From contig DAOWGI010000092.1 in assembly GCA_030637655.1 (NCBI GenBank), positions 26,161 through 90,160 of the forward strand: 64,000 nucleotides of DNA, read 5' to 3'. Positions 61,396 through 64,000 of the stretch are shown here, piece by piece (positions within the stretch are counted from its first letter, which is position 1; the number at the start of each line of letters is the position of its first letter). The position numbers and the translations under genes are program-made. This DNA comes from a candidate division FCPU426 bacterium (GTDB lineage: Bacteria; Oederibacteriota; JAAXVQ01; JAUVAV01). The notes below the pieces were generated by a model. That model saw nothing but the letters and a program-made list of their open reading frames with translations. It had not been told where the DNA came from and ran no database searches.

Positions 61396-62057
61396 CGCGT
61401 GACAGGCCAATAAATAACCCAGGCTTTGCCTTTAATTAATTTGCGCGGCAAAAACCCCCAAAAACGCGAGTCTGCCGAAAAATCACGGTTGTCTCCCATC
61501 ATAAAAAAATGCTCTGCCGGTATAGTAACCGGACCGTAGTTATCCCGCGGACTAATTTCCGGCGGCAAAACGCGCATGTCCCGAAACCCGGCATAACCGT
61601 CATTTTGGGGCTCATTATTCACATACAAAATTTTATTTTTTACTTCAATGACATCTCCAGGTACACCCACGCAGCGTTTGATAAAATCGCGGCGCGGATT
61701 TTCCGGATATTTAAAGACCAGAATATCTCCTTGCCTGGGATCTCGAATTTTAATGATCCTTTTGTCGGTAAACGGAACCTGGAGACCATACACTAATTTG
61801 TTGACCAAGAGATGATCACCAATAAGCAGGGTGTTTTCCATGGATCCTGAGGGGATTTTGAAGGCTTGTAGAAAAATGGTCCGGATGATCAAAGCCAGAA
61901 TAATGGCAATAAAACCGGAATCTACGTATTCCATGTAAATATTGGTCTTGGGTAACTTGACAAGATAACGCAGAATGACTTCTGCCAAAGTCAGGCCCAC
62001 CAATAGTCCGTAAAAAATCAGTTCCGCTGCTTCAGCGGTTTTAATCCATTCAATCAT
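61377..62057 (-). CDS. lepB: signal peptidase I
   Basis: Catalytic Ser (PSGSMENTL) and Lys box (GDNRDFSADSRFWG). Confidence 0.9.
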   Translation of the reverse strand: MIEWIKTAEAAELIFYGLLVGLTLAEVILRYLVKLPKTNIYMEYVDSGFIAIILALIIRTIFLQAFKIPSGSMENTLLIGDHLLVNKLVYGLQVPFTDKRIIKIRDPRQGDILVFKYPENPRRDFIKRCVGVPGDVIEVKNKILYVNNEPQNDGYAGFRDMRVLPPEISPRDNYGPVTIPAEHFFMMGDNRDFSADSRFWGFLPRKLIKGKAWVIYWPVTRWRSIK

Positions 62058-62096
62058 AATGTTTTTACCTTTCTTTAATTATTAAAATAATTGCCG

Positions 62097-62153
62097 GGCG
62101 ACCGCAAGGATCGCCCCTACGGTTAATCACGGGCGCACTCAGTGCGCCCCTAC
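62097..62153. repeat. tandem REP elements: family C (gggcgaccgcaaggatcgcccctac) + family A (gggcgcactcagtgcgcccctac)
   Basis: Seen directly. The terminal CTA of family A forms the lepA TAG stop codon (62150-62152). Confidence 0.8.
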
Positions 62154-63952
62154 TCATCACCCAGTTTCAGTACTGCCAAGAACGCCTTTTGCGGGATTTC
62201 AACATTACCCACGTGCTTCATCCGTTTTTTACCCTCTTTTTGATTCTCCAACAATTTCCGTTTGCGCGTAATGTCACCGCCGTAACATCTGGCAATAACA
62301 TCTTTTCGCAGCGCACGAATACTCTCGCGCGCAATGACCTTCGCGCCGATCGCTGCTTGAATCGGCACCTCAAACTGCTGGCGCGGTATGATTTTTCTTA
62401 ACCGGCCGGCCAATACCCTGCCCCGGCCTTCGGCAAAATTACGATGGCACATAAAAGAGAGCGCGTCCACAGGCTCCCGATTGACCAGGATATCCACTTT
62501 TACCATATTCTCCCGACGGTATCCGGCCGGTTCATAATCCATGCTCGCGTAACCGCGGGTGCGTGACTTGAGTTGATCAAAAAAATCCGCGATCACCTCA
62601 ATCAAGGGCAAATGATAGGCAATCTTAACACGTGTGGTATCCAGGTACTCGGTATTCTCATACACCCCGCGGCGTTCCTGCGCGAGCTGCATAACCGCTC
62701 CCACATACTCCGAAGGCACCAAAATAGTAACATACATATACGGTTCTTCAATATAATCAATCTCATCCAAGGGCGGCAGCTTGGCTGGATTGTCCACTTC
62801 CAGCACATCCTTATTGGTTTTGTGCACCCTAAAAATCACGGAAGGCGCGGTAGCAATCAAATCCAAGTTAAACTCACGCTCCAGGCGTTCCTGAATAATT
62901 TCCATATGCAACAGACCCAGGAATCCGCAACGGAAACCAAACCCCAAAGCAGTAGAATTTTCCGGTTCGTAAAAAAGTGAGGCATCATTGAGTTTTAATT
63001 TTTCCAGGGCCGTACGCAGATTTTCAAATTCTCCGGCTTCAATCGTAAAGAGACCGCAAAAAACCATGGGCTTGATCTCGCGAAAACCTACTAGCGCTTC
63101 TATGGTTGGACGTTTGTCCTCTGTGACCGTATCGCCCACTTTGACATCTGAGATATTCTTAATACCGGCAATCAGATACCCAACCTCACCGGCGGAGAGC
63201 TTATCCACCGGCTGGGCATTGGGAGTAAATATACCAACCTCATCCACTTCATAGGCCGTATCTGTTGACATCATACGGATGGTCATACCCTTTTTGATCC
63301 GGCCGTCCATAATCCGCATATACACAATAACCCCGCGATAGGTATCAAAATGAGAATCAAAAACCAGGGCTTTTAAGGCTGCGTTCTCGTCCCCGCCGGG
63401 CGCGGGGACCTTGCGCACAATAGCCTCCAGAATTTCTTCAGTCCCTTGACCGGTCTTAGCAGACGCGACCATAGCCTCATCTCCGGGTATTTGGAGCACT
63501 TCCTCAATCTGATGGATAATCTCATCCGGACGCGCAGCCGGCAGATCAATCTTATTTAATACCGGCAGCAAAACCAGGTCATGCAAGATGGCTAACTCAG
63601 CATTTGACAGGGTCTGAGCTTCAATACCTTGCGCCGCATCCACCACCAGCAAAGCTCCTTCGCACGCAGCCAAAGAGCGGCTCACTTCATAATTAAAGTC
63701 CACGTGACCTGGCGTATCAATGAGATTGAACTGATAGGTCTGCCCATCTTTAGCGTGATACATCAAGCGCACAGCTTTAGCCTTGATGGTAATCCCGCGT
63801 TCCCGCTCCAGATCCATGTCATCCAAGATCTGTTCACGCATATCGCGTTTGGAGACCGTATGGGTAAATTCCAAAATACGATCAGCCAGAGTGGATTTCC
63901 CGTGGTCAATGTGCGCGATAATACTGAAATTCCGAATATTTGGATTAGCCAT
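62150..63952 (-). CDS. lepA: elongation factor 4 (LepA)
   Basis: G-domain motifs ([21 protein letters not shown]). LepA-specific C-terminal domain. Confidence 0.95.
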   Translation of the reverse strand: MANPNIRNFSIIAHIDHGKSTLADRILEFTHTVSKRDMREQILDDMDLERERGITIKAKAVRLMYHAKDGQTYQFNLIDTPGHVDFNYEVSRSLAACEGALLVVDAAQGIEAQTLSNAELAILHDLVLLPVLNKIDLPAARPDEIIHQIEEVLQIPGDEAMVASAKTGQGTEEILEAIVRKVPAPGGDENAALKALVFDSHFDTYRGVIVYMRIMDGRIKKGMTIRMMSTDTAYEVDEVGIFTPNAQPVDKLSAGEVGYLIAGIKNISDVKVGDTVTEDKRPTIEALVGFREIKPMVFCGLFTIEAGEFENLRTALEKLKLNDASLFYEPENSTALGFGFRCGFLGLLHMEIIQERLEREFNLDLIATAPSVIFRVHKTNKDVLEVDNPAKLPPLDEIDYIEEPYMYVTILVPSEYVGAVMQLAQERRGVYENTEYLDTTRVKIAYHLPLIEVIADFFDQLKSRTRGYASMDYEPAGYRRENMVKVDILVNREPVDALSFMCHRNFAEGRGRVLAGRLRKIIPRQQFEVPIQAAIGAKVIARESIRALRKDVIARCYGGDITRKRKLLENQKEGKKRMKHVGNVEIPQKAFLAVLKLGDE

Positions 63953-64000
63953 AATTACTTCTTACGTGCTCCTTCTGATTTCCCGGTCCGCGTATTTCCC

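Overview
This 64 kb window appears to be a bacterial chromosomal segment in which every supportable gene (about 52 CDS) lies on the minus strand. Most of the window is close to 50% GC. Running 3'->5' along the + strand, the features are as follows.
(1) An AT-rich island of roughly 35% GC holding a large lipoprotein-type RHS/YD-repeat polymorphic toxin. Its C-terminal toxin domain runs off the window at position 1. A small 4-TM membrane protein sits immediately upstream and is translationally coupled to it.
(2) A surface-polysaccharide cluster: Wzx, an NAD-dependent epimerase/reductase, an LPG-synthase-TM-like protein, rfbD, gmd, rfbB, rfbA and ugd.
(3) lptD and a stand-alone MalK/UgpC-type ABC ATPase.
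(4) An arginine biosynthesis cluster, argB-argD-argF-[GT2]-argG-argH, broken up by palindromic repeats.
(5) hslU-hslV-xerC, a 382-aa hypothetical protein, topA, an outer-membrane beta-barrel gene, and dprA. This order matches the Firmicutes-style arrangement dprA-topA-trmFO-codV-clpQ-clpY.
(6) A cheA-cheC module followed by an unusual 714-aa protein: an N-terminal actin-like (FtsA/EutJ/PilM-type) ATPase domain plus four or five tandem ThiS/MoaD-like beta-grasp repeats.
(7) rlmI, pta/ptb, aroK and aroC.
(8) A type IV pilus block: pilQ-pilP-pilO-pilN-pilM, a pilin gene, pilT and aroE.
(9) rsmE, a TolB-like lipoprotein, and the hrcA-grpE-dnaK-dnaJ operon, preceded by a GH57 branching enzyme, a DUF4912 protein with a Lys-rich tail, and HU.
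(10) hemW, lepB and lepA.
No rRNA, tRNA or CRISPR could be supported. Intergenic regions are dense with REP-like palindromes ending in the conserved CCCCTAC / GTAGGGG tetranucleotide context, and with two MITE-like elements. The most novel candidates are the actin-like/beta-grasp fusion sitting in a chemotaxis operon and the low-GC RHS toxin module.
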